From Paraglomus brasilianum (lineage: Eukaryota), in assembly GCA_910592345.1 (NCBI GenBank), contig CAJVPI010000204.1, forward strand, positions 1 to 42,739: DNA of 42,739 nt, written 5' to 3'. Below the pieces are notes generated by a model. The model saw only the letters and a list, made by a program, of their open reading frames with translations. It did not search any database and was not told the origin of the DNA. The position numbers were made by a program, and so were the translations under genes. Of the stretch, positions 11,427-22,179 are shown one piece after another. Position 1 is the first letter of the stretch; each line of letters begins with the position of its first letter.

Positions 11427-13444
11427 TCTGTAACCGCTCGTGAGTATTAGATTGAGAAAAGGCGCAGTGAGGTGGGGAAGGGGAAGGGGAAGGGAAGATT
11501 ATATATGCGTCTGGGAAGGGGGGAAGAAGAAGGGGGTAAGTCTAAGGTGAATAGTCTGAAAGAGTTGAAAGTTCTTCCTCACTTGATTTGATTACACACT
11601 TTGTAATTTAATTTTTTTTTTTTTTTTTGATTTAAACTTATTTTTACATATTTGTCAATTTTACCCCCGTCTGTTTGTAGGAATCCGAAGTGACATTTAT
11701 TCCTAGATCAAGAGCTAATACATTCCTAGATTTACAATGGAGAGTGTTCTATTGTTCAAATAACATGCAGAAACTATGTTGTTCTATTTATTTGACGGTT
11801 CGTCTTTCCAGATACGGATTCAATGCTCAAGTGGCTGATGGGAGGAAACGAAGTCTTGGCATCGTCAAAACCTGTGTGGGCGCCAGTTAAATCTAACAAT
11901 CATGAGCCTCGCCGTTGCTGTCAGAAAATGGCCGATACCCCTGACAGTTTCAGACGACCAGGTATGGATAAATGCTTGCATCAATTCTCCTCCATTGTTC
12001 ATAAGAGTAATCACTTAATAATAACCTTTTGTGAGCACTTTCATTAATAAATACAAGATTATTAATATTAATTATGTAATAGATAATAATAATAATGCAG
12101 ATTAACTTAATATTAAATTTGATTGGTTGGGACTTTCAAAATAGCTGTGCTTAATAAAGGACACGAAATCAAAAATTTCATTGTTAATGTCGTTAACTAA
12201 CATCAATGGTATTAGTATTCTCCCTAATCTTAATCACATGACCATACGTAATCATCTGATTATCAATATCAGATATAAGAAATCTTACATTGGCGACTTA
12301 AAATTCAACATTAATATTAATGCGGTTCAAGAATGACTCTTGGAAGCTGTAAAATTTACTTCATCAACAATAACAATGTAAACTATAAGTAATATACTGT
12401 GGATGCTAACCTGCGGTCCGCATAGAATCAACGTCCTCAATCAGTGAATTACTTCGATCGTCTGGGGGGGGGGGGGTGCGCAAGATATATTTTAACCATC
12501 AGACCTTTAAAGCGCACTTTGGCGTTCACCAGATCCTTGTCAAATACAAATAAAGAATGCAAAATTCCAAGCAGAAATATACCAACAATCGCGGGAGAGC
12601 GATCGATCGTTAATTTAGCCATTTCGAACGGAGCGGTGGCCTCTCCTACTTTTAGCTAAACACGAACGACAGTTAGTGACGCTTCAAACAGGCTTTACCA
12701 CTCAAGGCTATTTGTCAATCGGTATTCCCTTCCGATGGAATTATTTGGTATAATAATAATTGTATCTAACTAAAACGCGTTTATAAAGACAAATAACAAT
12801 TGTAATGCCGCGAAGAATTATTTATATTAGAAAGGAATACTATTACGTAGGATGAATTGCAAATATGCAAAATCCAGCAGAAACTCGAGCTACTTAGCGT
12901 ATGTGATACTCCGAAATGACTGGAAACTGCGATCCTCCTTTTCATTGATATTGTATTTCAGATGCTACGAATAAAGCCAACAGTAGAGAATTGACAATGA
13001 AGCCTCATTGTCCAGTAAACAGAGCTCGAATGTAGACGATTAGCACCAAACTCATTACCAGTTTCATAAACTTTAAATGATATACCCCAGCAAAGACAGC
13101 TAACAGTAAACGTGCACGCGCGGTATTTATGAAGAGGAGTAAACCCTTGAATTACAAGTTTATTCAAAAAGTGGTCGAGTCACTAAATCATAGCAGTGGA
13201 TGTTGATATTGTAGATTGACTTCGTTTATATAACCAGACTAATTGGTGTCTTCGTAAATCCAAACTAGGCAGTATAAACGTAACACATATTCAACAGCCC
13301 GTACAATGATTACGATTAAACAGTCATTAGATCATACGATTAATGCAATAGTCTATAGTCTTCGAATCATACGATTAAAGCAGTAAGCATGCCATTAGAA
13401 TCATACGATCAAAAGCTAAATGTTATGTATTCGTGTAGACTAAG

Positions 13445-14400
13445 ACCTGTTACCGGAATAAAAAGCCTAATCTCGCGTGCAATTACATAAATTACCTGTT
13501 GTCTTCATTCACAAATATAAAAAATCCCGCTGTATTCTCAATATCGATAAAAAGACACTTCCTGTGTTATATTATTGGAGTAGCTCAGCATGGATGCAAC
13601 GATCTATATTAACAGAAATTGGATAATTCAACTCAACCAAGAAATGCGCCGGAAAAGAAGATAATATTGTTATTGCTAGACAATGTGTCAACCCATCGAT
13701 TGGATGACAATGAGCAATTAAGCGACGTTAAATTGCATTTTCTTCCACCAAACACGTCTGTTCTCTCGACCAGGGAACAATCTATTCATTTAAGGTTGTT
13801 ATTTACACCTGTTGTGTCTCGTATAATTACTTCTCAGAATTAACTTGTTCATTTTTTAGGCTCAAGATAGAAAATTACTCTGCAAAAACAGAATAGATGC
13901 TTTTGATGAATATCAAACTCACGGACACGAGGTTCCTGAGTTAATACAATCAATTGGACTGCGGAGGCATGGAATAACGCAACAGATAAAGTAATCTATC
14001 GATGCTGGCAAAGGACTGGCATTATACCAGAAGAATATAGAACAGAAGATATGTCGATTGAAACCAAAGAAAATAATGAAACGGCGGTACAATTTCTTCT
14101 CAATCGAATGGATATAATGGATTTGACAACAAGGGATTATGACGTTGATTCAACTTTGGAAGCGACTCAGATAATTGATGACGACAAAATTATTGAGGCA
14201 ATTCAAGAGCCAACTGAGAATGAAGAAGAAGCAGAAGAAGATAAACGTCCATTAGTTTCACTAAGATAGCTTTAGAAAGCATCCATAATTTATTGAACTA
14301 CATACAGCAATCGAATAGTTCTGTATTATCAGGGATAAAAAGTCGATTCTCTAAAACAAGCTAGTCTGCAGGATTATTTTTACAGTTACGATGTGATTAT
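13445..14400 (+). mobile_element. Degenerate Tigger/pogo (CENP-B-like DDE_1) transposase
   Basis: Frameshifted translation KLPVVFIHKYKKSRCILNIDKKTLPVLYYWSSSAWMQRSI..., ILLLLDNVSTH...VKLHFLPPNTS...LDQGTIYSFK|AQDRKLL..., NWTAEAWNNATDKVIYRCWQRTGIIP. These are the characteristic DDE_1 motifs (AWM, LLLDN..H, FLPPNT..QP.DQG.I..FK). Confidence 0.85.
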
Positions 14401-14439
14401 AATTATTAATAAAAGGCTTAATCACGTAACTGTGTACCA

Positions 14440-15400
14440 TGAAATTTAATTCGATACTGTCATAATAACTGCAAATTACTAAATATAGGTAAAATCAAAT
14501 GGTAGCATTATTTTTATTCTGACCACCCGCATTATCACAAGTAATCTTTAAATACTTTTTACCTTTATTCAATCTCTTTATTTCATCGAACACCATGCTT
14601 AGCGTGCCGTTAAGTTTTTTCTCTATGATTTCGTCCACATCAAGAACGTAATTAATTTGTTCGCGTACTGCTCCCCAAATAAATGTGAGATAATAAATCT
14701 TTCACCTGTTGATCGGCATGGGACACGTGAACATTTCGTAACTGTAATGCGCAGTAGCGTCAACACTACAATATTCAGTTTTACCTCTCATCATAAAATG
14801 CTCATCTACCAATTTTCTCTGTTGTTCAGCTAATTTCGTATTTCTGTTGTAATAATTTCTCTCTAATTTAGCCTTAACCAGATGTGTTCTTTGTACTTTT
14901 TCAACAAATCTCTTGCTTTCTCTTCCTTGCGAGCATTATACTGTAAGCCGTTCCGAAAATGTTGGCACGTGTCACATAAATCCGCTCTCGGACTCATAAT
15001 TTAAATATAAGGTGTTAAAGTTCAATGGTGCTCCTTCTTACCAATACATTCGGTTGGTGCCATAACTTGCGGAACGCATCATATTTTAACAATTTCAACG
15101 TACTGTTGTTTTCAATACCTGCAATAAAATCGCGAGAGACCGATTTATAACTCGTTTCTGCTGGTAAAAGTCTAAGTGATTGAGTAATCCATGAATTTCA
15201 GCACGGTTTTCTTCACGGGTTATATCAATGGCTATTTTGGTTTTCCATCGCGGCACTCGTTTGATATTCCCATGAACACGCGGTATGATTTCGAAGTGAG
15301 TGCGACTAATCCCTAACACGTTTTCTGGCAAAGAGGTGTATGCAATCTCCATAATAAAAAATTCTCTTATCAGTGCGCGTTTTCTTTTTAAGACGTCGAC
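14440..15400 (-). mobile_element. Degenerate DNA transposase, Sola1-like (DNxGGQNKN motif)
   Basis: The minus strand reads HGNIKRVP (~15250-15275), PRADLCDTCQHF (Zn-finger-like, ~14960-14995) and QINYVLDVDEII...ITCDNAGGQNKNNATI*FYLYLV...SIELNFMV (~14440-14660), with stops and frameshifts. The superfamily call rests on my recollection of the motif. Confidence 0.65.
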
Positions 15401-15879
15401 TAGCAGTTATTTCTCCACGTTCATTGCTTTCAGCTGGGCCATTTCACGTAACTCCCTTGGATTGCATTCATAATTATATATGGGGGTGATCCTATATAGA
15501 CTTTATGTTTAACGATAGCACATAATTACTTACATCAGATAATAAATTTACTCCGTGATTGTGCAAATCTTTGTTTAGTAAGCTACATAGAACTCCTAAC
15601 TTTCGTAATATAATTTCTAAGTGTCACTATCTCTGTTAATGAGACATGATGTAGGCCAACGTCCTTACAAAAAAATTAGCCAACCGCCCAACTCACTTGG
15701 TTACAGCAAGTAAAACTTTGCTTCAAACAATGTATGACTTTTGAAAATAAGCCATGCTGTGAAGTTAAAGCTAACACCGTTCTGAATGCCAGACATATTA
15801 TATCAGTCGTTAGTTCCTTTGTTGTACTTAACAGGTATTTATATGTGCTGATCTTCATTGTCTACATACAACGCGTACC

Positions 15880-16225
15880 AAGCGTTCGGCTTCAGTATGC
15901 CGGAAGTCGATAATAGCCCAGTTCGTGGAAGGAATACATGAATATGTGCCTCCACCAACATGATCTTTCATCCTCTGATCTAGTCAATTACCTGTCCGAA
16001 TCTAGATTAATGTTGCATTTGCTGGCACGGCCGCCTGGTACCACTCCATTTGCCAGGCTCTTTCTAACAGGCGTTGCATTCGTTGATTTCGTGGTGATGA
16101 TTTTTAAAGACCTTCATATGGTCCCCCCAAAGCTTTGAACGGGAGATAGGCCAGAAGCTAGAGTTTCAAAAGCATATTGTTTGTGCGGGTTTCTGCAAAG
16201 TGGGCTTCTCTCGTCGTTTGCTATG
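15880..16225 (-). pseudogene. Fragment of a Crinkler-type C-terminal REase-like domain
   Basis: Reads RLLERAWQMEWYQAAVPANA... and then GGTYSCIPSTNWAIIDFRH, with stops and deletions. This matches the ERxWQMExYxA...GGxY...WAIIDxR pattern of CRN-like proteins of early-diverging fungi. Confidence 0.6.
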
Positions 16226-16263
16226 GAAAAAAATCGCTGATCATAGATTTTGCAACATATATA

Positions 16264-16869
16264 CACTACCTGGACAAAAGTATCGGCCACCCTAACTTTC
16301 ATCCCTCCAAATAACAGACTTCCATTTTCGAATAGACCAATCCTTTCTTTCAATACAACAGTTTAGGCGATCTTCTCTTTGCCGATCAGTAAGTAAAGGT
16401 TTGGATGCCAGAATGCGAGAAAAAAATTTAATTTCGTGTAAATTTCTCCTAATAGTTTTAGTAGAAACATCAAATCTGGTTCTTTCATTAAACAGTTTTT
16501 GAGTTGTTTTTTGTTGTTTTGCTTAATAACCCGTTCTTATGCTCAAAATTTAAAAGTTTTGGGCGGCCACTACATGGTTGGGTTGTGAGAATTTTTTTTC
16601 GAGAAAATTTTGAATTGTTCGTGTTACTGTTGTTCTAGGAAAGCCAAGCGTCTTAGATATGCTCGTTTTTGTAGCGCCACTTTTAAAATGATTAAAATTA
16701 ACTGATTCAGTTTATTATATTGCTTACAGAAGAAATAAATATAAACAGCGCGTAAAAAATATCACAACAAGTTAGACTATAACATATAAAAATTTTAGTC
16801 CTAATTATTATGTAACTTTTGGGCAATTAATAAAGTTAGGGTGACCGATACCCTTGTTCATTGGGGTTG
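16264..16869. mobile_element. Non-autonomous Tc1/mariner-type element (MITE), ~606 bp, TIRs + TA TSD
   Basis: Left end TA|CACTACCTGGACAAAAGTATCGGCCACCCTAACTTT. Reverse complement of the right end TA|CAACCCCAATGAACAAGGGTATCGGTCACCCTAACTTT. TA at 16262-16263 and 16870-16871. AT-rich interior without a transposase. Confidence 0.8.
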
Positions 16870-17479
16870 TATCAACTGACTGATATAATGCACATGACAA
16901 TTAATATCTCTGTTATCAATAGAATTGATTGATATTTAACTGTATTACTCACACGGTATTTTTTTTTTTAATCAGAATATCATAACTGATGAACCAATGC
17001 CGAATTTTTGCAAAAACGCCTGAGCGATACATGCGTATTACAAATTATATTTTGAATACATAAAAACGTAAATGCGTTCAGCCTCCCCATCTGTAAAACA
17101 CAAAAGATGATAAAGAGGAAAGCGCGTGTTACCGAACATGTTTCTGATACGAGTTCAAGAGGAAAAGATGACGAGTAATGGTACAAGGGAAGGTATTGAC
17201 TTGTTAGTATTTTGAGATTGAATGATCATAATTAGTATGGTTTGTTGACACGATATTCATCCTGACGATTTAAGGTCGTCGAGCACGTAGCAATAATGAA
17301 GAATGGTAAGCGGACTGATGGAATTGCCGCTTTATAATAAACGAAGTTACTTATATTAAGGGAATATGAAAGAGACCCTGGTGGTCATGTAATGTCGCAT
17401 GATCACGAACTTATCGTATGTTGGCGATGCATCACGTAAAGTGTATTGAAATAGCACTAGAATTGTATAATTGTTATTT

Positions 17480-17800
17480 GATTTCAAATTCAGGAATTCC
17501 ATACATTGTCAAAGACAAGTCATACAAGATACCAATCTTTCGGAAGAATTGTATACGCAACTGGAAGGTTTCATACGCAAATATCAAGAACAATCACGAG
17601 TATGTTTCTGGTAATTAACATGTGTGTTATCCTGTTGCAACTTTACTCGTCGCGTAATATGTGGGACATATACCTGAAACTTCCCGACTGGACAAGTTTT
17701 CCAATCAATATCATCTCACATATTCGCAGACGCTGATCAATATATCAATCGCTTGCGTGAGATGATCTTCAAGCCATCTCTACTCAAGACGAAAACCACA
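17480..17800 (+). pseudogene. Possible degenerate cullin-repeat-like gene fragment
   Basis: QDTNLSEELYTQLEGFIRKYQEQSR is followed by a GTATGT donor, then WTSFPINIISHI(fs)ADADQYINRLREMIFKP. This loosely resembles cullin N-terminal repeat 1 and is heavily disrupted. Confidence 0.3.
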
Positions 17801-18092
17801 AGTGAATACGAATGGAGAGTTGATCGTGAGGAAGGAAAGTCGTCGTGTTGTCTAGCTGAATTCAAAGAAGATATAGTCCGTAATGAGAGAATCTAAAGTG
17901 GGCGGTGCTATTTGTATTGTTAAGGAAGAAGTAATTAGCAGTGGCTACAGAGAATGAGCAAATAACACGTTGTATATAATCTTTTTATACGCGCCATTTC
18001 ATATAACAATAAAACCGGTTAATACAAAGATGATATTTACACAAACAGATCCACTCTTATTTACAACCATATTACGTTTTCACATTGTTTAT

Positions 18093-18590
18093 TTATAAAT
18101 ACACTCCATCATCATCATTATTTTCGTCCGCTTCATTTTCAAGTCTTGCGTTGCCATTTGCCGACACTGCGTGATCTTCCATCTGTTCGTCAGACTGCCC
18201 TTCATTATTGATATTAGGTCCGGAGGCATTCACAGATATTCCCGACGCGTGTTCTCCGTTTGGTCGTTCTTTTAATATATTCTTGATAAGAGAAATCTTC
18301 TCGATCTGCCTGTCTCCAGGTATTAAAGTTAAGAACGTCGTTTTCTTTTTCCAATTCGAGACTTTAGGATAACAAAAATTTCTCAACTACCTTCCTATGA
18401 TCTTCTCATTCTCGGTGACATACATTTGTAACTCTTGATCGTGAGCATCGTGCTCTTTCATATCTTGGTTAGAACGAAGCAGATGTTTGTTTGAATTTTC
18501 TAATCTATTTAACTCGTAAAGTAAAGTGTCGTTACTTAAGGAACGCAGTTGAGCGATTGTAGGCTCGAGTGGCGGCAGAGGTGACGTCAT
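18093..18590 (-). CDS. TMA17: Tma17/Adc17-like protein, 2 exons
   Basis: Exons 18391-18590 and 18093-18309 (81-nt GT-AG intron, AG|G = Arg). LRSLSNDTLLYELNRLENSNKHLLRSN...YVTENEKII parallels yeast Tma17 (IENSINHLQRSN...SVRENEIVL). The acidic disordered tail ends GVYL*. Confidence 0.7.
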
Positions 18591-18763
18591 GTTAAGGTTT
18601 TCTGGTTTGGAATGAAAAGAAGCAGAGAAAAAGACATCAAGTGAGGTGGAAATGACCATAAATAGGCGTCATCGGCGTGCGTGGCATTCTTGAATATTTA
18701 ATTAAAATAAAGGTATATATGCTTTATTTAATTTCCTTTAAATACTATTCGACCAACATTATT

Positions 18764-20030
18764 ATGGCCATGACTCCAACTTTGGAACGCCATTTACGAC
18801 AATTTCTTCTAGATAACAGTGTTTGTCGTTGAACCATATCATATGGAATGTGTCCACGTATTGTACGTGAAGCCTTATACAAATATCAAGATGAAGCTGA
18901 AAAATGGCCTGATCAATGGATACGACGAGAACTGAAAGGGGAATGGGACAAAGCAAGAGCCGTACTTGCACAGTTTGTCAACGCGGATGTTGATGAAATT
19001 GCCTTTATACCAAGTTCTATAACTGGAATTAATGCTGTGCTGAAAAAATCTAGACTGTGAGAGTGGCGATAGGGTCAGTTGAGAATGGTGACACTATGTA
19101 ATTGGAGGATAATGTCTGTATTATTGTGCTTGGTTAGATTCTTTTCTATCCACTGTGTCTTGAACTCTGTTAGAGACGCGAATAATGGCAAAGTCAATCT
19201 GATCGAAGTCGATGTGATTGATGCATCCCTGTCTGATGAAGAATTAATTAAGCGTACGGAATGCATTATCGAAGAAAGCCAAACTCGGAATCAAAGCAAG
19301 CTGTTATAGATGTTATCAATGCGCGGTACGCGTTTTTTATTGAAAATATGTAATATATGATAATAATGTCACTGATTGTAAATCTACTATTTTTAGCCGT
19401 CTTGCTTGGACTTGTTGCTCTATTTTTGCAAAAACCATATTATCTCAATCGTAGATGGTACTCATGACAGCTCCTGATTATTTTGTCACTGATTATCATA
19501 AATGGCTCTTATTCTATACAACCCGAAGTACAGCAATGCTTTACGTACCTCGCAGAAATCAAGGGAACATACATCATACTGTTATAAATGAATGTTACAA
19601 TACAAGAATTCTCGTGGAATAGCTCGCAGGACTTTAGGTACACGCGCATATTTATGGACATACACATATATTATAATCAAATCACGTAGTAAACAACACA
19701 ATACAACGCTCTCATCTAATTCGCTATACTATTTGTCCACAGCTCTTACTTAAGTATTCACGCAAGTCTTGCATTTCACAATAGTCTCAGAGGTGAATCA
19801 GCAATTCTTTACTGCATTGCAGCAATACTAAATATACAATCAAGCATATGGTCAATATTCGGCTATAGATACCTAGCAACATCCTACGACATGCTTATGT
19901 TTGACAAATATCGTTGCTGTATTATGGCTCTGTTCAAACGTAAGAGTCAGTGCACAGATTTATAATGATTTGGAGGATTTCGGGTCGCGGGAGAGACATT
20001 GCAGCAGATATGTGAATTGCATCTGGTCGC
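18764..20030 (+). pseudogene. Aminotransferase class V PLP lyase pseudogene (hercynylcysteine sulfoxide lyase Egt2 / cysteine desulfhydrase-like)
   Basis: Collinear but frameshifted and stop-interrupted motifs: LNH.SYGMCPRIVREALYKYQDEAEKWPDQWI, FIPSSITGINAVL, SIVDGTH, PDYFVTDYHKWL (PLP Lys), AMLYVPRRNQ, SYLSIHASLAF...GESAI and VRVSAQIYNDLEDF. Confidence 0.8.
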
Positions 20031-20126
20031 GTTTATACATACGTTGTTAATAAAATTTTCTGTTATTACTTGGTAGTTGTTGTTGATTGAGGAAATGGAT
20101 TTGTTCTGGGTTTCGGTTATCGAATT

Positions 20127-21612
20127 TTATTCATAGTTCAATTCGAGATCTTCAAATAGATGTAGTATTTCCTCAATAGGCATATTTCCCAGATTCTTCC
20201 CATCTCTCCGGCGCACGTTAACAGTCTTGTGCTCTTTCTCCTTCTCACCGACTACGAGAATATAGTTATACTGAGCTACTTGGGCTTCTCTAATCATCTT
20301 ATTCAATGTCTTGCCCGTTGACTTGTCTACATCAATAAATAACATATCTTGCTTATGCGATGCTCTACCATCCCGACTTGCCAATTGCTTCATCACTGTT
20401 TCCGCATACTCCCGGGCTGTTTCCCCAATAGGAATCACAATCGCCTGTCTCGGATTCAACCAGAACGGCCATCTACCAGCTGTGTGTTCCATTAGAATTG
20501 CCATCATGCGCTCGAACGAACCAAGGATGGCTCTATGTACAATCACGGGAACCTGAGAATTCCCATCGCTGTCTTGATAGGTAAGACCAAATCGTCGAGG
20601 CAGTTGGAAATCCAATTGAATGGTGGCTGTTTGGTGAGTACGGTCATGTGCGTCTTTGACGAGGATGTCAATTTTTGGCCCATAGAATGCCGCATCGCCT
20701 GGTCTCACCGTCCATGATTGTCCGCATGCGTCCAGTGCCTGCTTGAGCGATTCTTCGGCGCGCTCCCACTCGGAGATTTCTCCAATGTATTTAGACCCCG
20801 ATGAGCGTGTTGATAGGACAAAATCATAGCGTGGAAATTTAAACGCGTTGTAAACACGATCGACAAAGGCTAGCGTAGACGAGATTTCTTGAAAGACTTG
20901 AGATTCTGTACAAAAAATATGGGCATCATCTTGGTGAAACTGACGTACGCGTGTCAAACCCGACAGTGCACCAGAATGCTCATTCCTGTTTTGGTTAGAA
21001 AATGCAAATTATAAATTATTAGGGAGGTCGGTGGGGGGGGGGGTGAGGAGAGGAGTTTTCGAGACAGCGAACGTTACAAAATGGGAAAATTATTTATTGA
21101 ATAAACTACCGATGAAGAGCCCCAAAATCTGCCAATCGAACAGGCAAGTCTCGGTAAGACTTTGGCTGGTTGTCAAAAATCAAGCAATGACCAGGGCAAT
21201 TCATCGGTTTCAACCCAAAAACATCATCCTTGCTCTCTTGGTCATAACTTACAGTAAACATATCATCACGATAATTCTGCCAATGACCAGATGCTTCCCA
21301 TAGATCCTTCTTGTAAATCAATGGTGTCATTACTTCATCGAAACCAAAATCGGCATACTGTTTCCTTATATACTCTTGCAACTTTCGAAATATCCTCGTT
21401 CCATGTGGCAACATGAAAACGGCGCCCGGACTCCAATGATGAATCATGAAAAGATCTTGTGACTTTCCTACTACCCGATGGTCGCGCTTTTCGGCTTCCG
21501 TCTCTTTATGCGGTGTGGCATGTTGATGTCTTGTGGATATATTAGATAGCAAAAGTCGATTTGGTGATAAGAGGATGTGTCGCTTTGTTAGGAGTTGACC
21601 GTATCTTATCAT
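20127..21612 (-). CDS. MST1: Mitochondrial threonyl-tRNA synthetase (no N-terminal editing domain), 2 exons
   Basis: Exons 21110-21612 and 20127-20985. An Arg/Leu/Ser-rich acid-free presequence precedes RDHR. Motifs LWEASGHWQNY, LKPMNCPGHC, LHRNEHSGALSGLTRVRQFHQDDAHIFC, AFYGPKID, TIQLDFQLP and HRAILGSFER are followed by the anticodon-binding domain. Confidence 0.93.
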
Positions 21613-21672
21613 AACTTTGAAGGATGGAAAGAATTTCTCGTAGATATACAGAGATCTCCCATCATACAAGAA

Positions 21673-21682
21673 ATCACGTGAT
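21673..21682. promoter_or_regulatory. Palindromic E-box ATCACGTGAT upstream of MST1
   Basis: Perfect palindrome ~60 bp upstream of the ATG at 21612. Confidence 0.3.
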
Positions 21683-22179
21683 AATGTCTTCTTCAAGATA
21701 TAAAAAGTACGGGTAATTTTTAATTCTCAAATGCTATTCCCATTATCTCAGTTCTATTCATATGCGTTCGGCACGGCTGGCCTAGTTGAGACAATCATTC
21801 TTTGCGTGTAAGACTTATTTTGATGCATACGAGGCGCGATTGATAAATTTCTTGTTTTGTCCCGTAATAATGAACAGCTCTTTCGAGGATACGTATACAC
21901 TTCTTGCAAGTTAGAGTCAAGTTATAATCTCCCATGAACTATGAATAAAACTTCCATGAAAAATACTTGAGAGAGACTATAAACGATAGAGGCTTATCGT
22001 GTCAAATGCCCAAGCAAATTTGTTTATAGCTACAGACCTTTGTTGAGAAGGAGAGGTAAAAGATATGCAGTAAGAAGAAGTAATACAAAATACGTGTAAA
22101 CTCTTTAAACCTTTTACCTCAGAACAATGTCGATGTCGTTGGTTTTAGGGCCTTACGCAACAATTGACGACTTGGTTCA

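Noticed and set aside
11780..12730. Integrase-like (NNGGEL) or other coding relic
   Set aside because: Only a single short motif, with no supporting downstream residues in any frame I read.
21613..21696. N-terminal extension of the ThrRS ORF from the track start at 21696
   Set aside because: That start is TTG. The first ATG (21612) gives a typical mitochondrial presequence.
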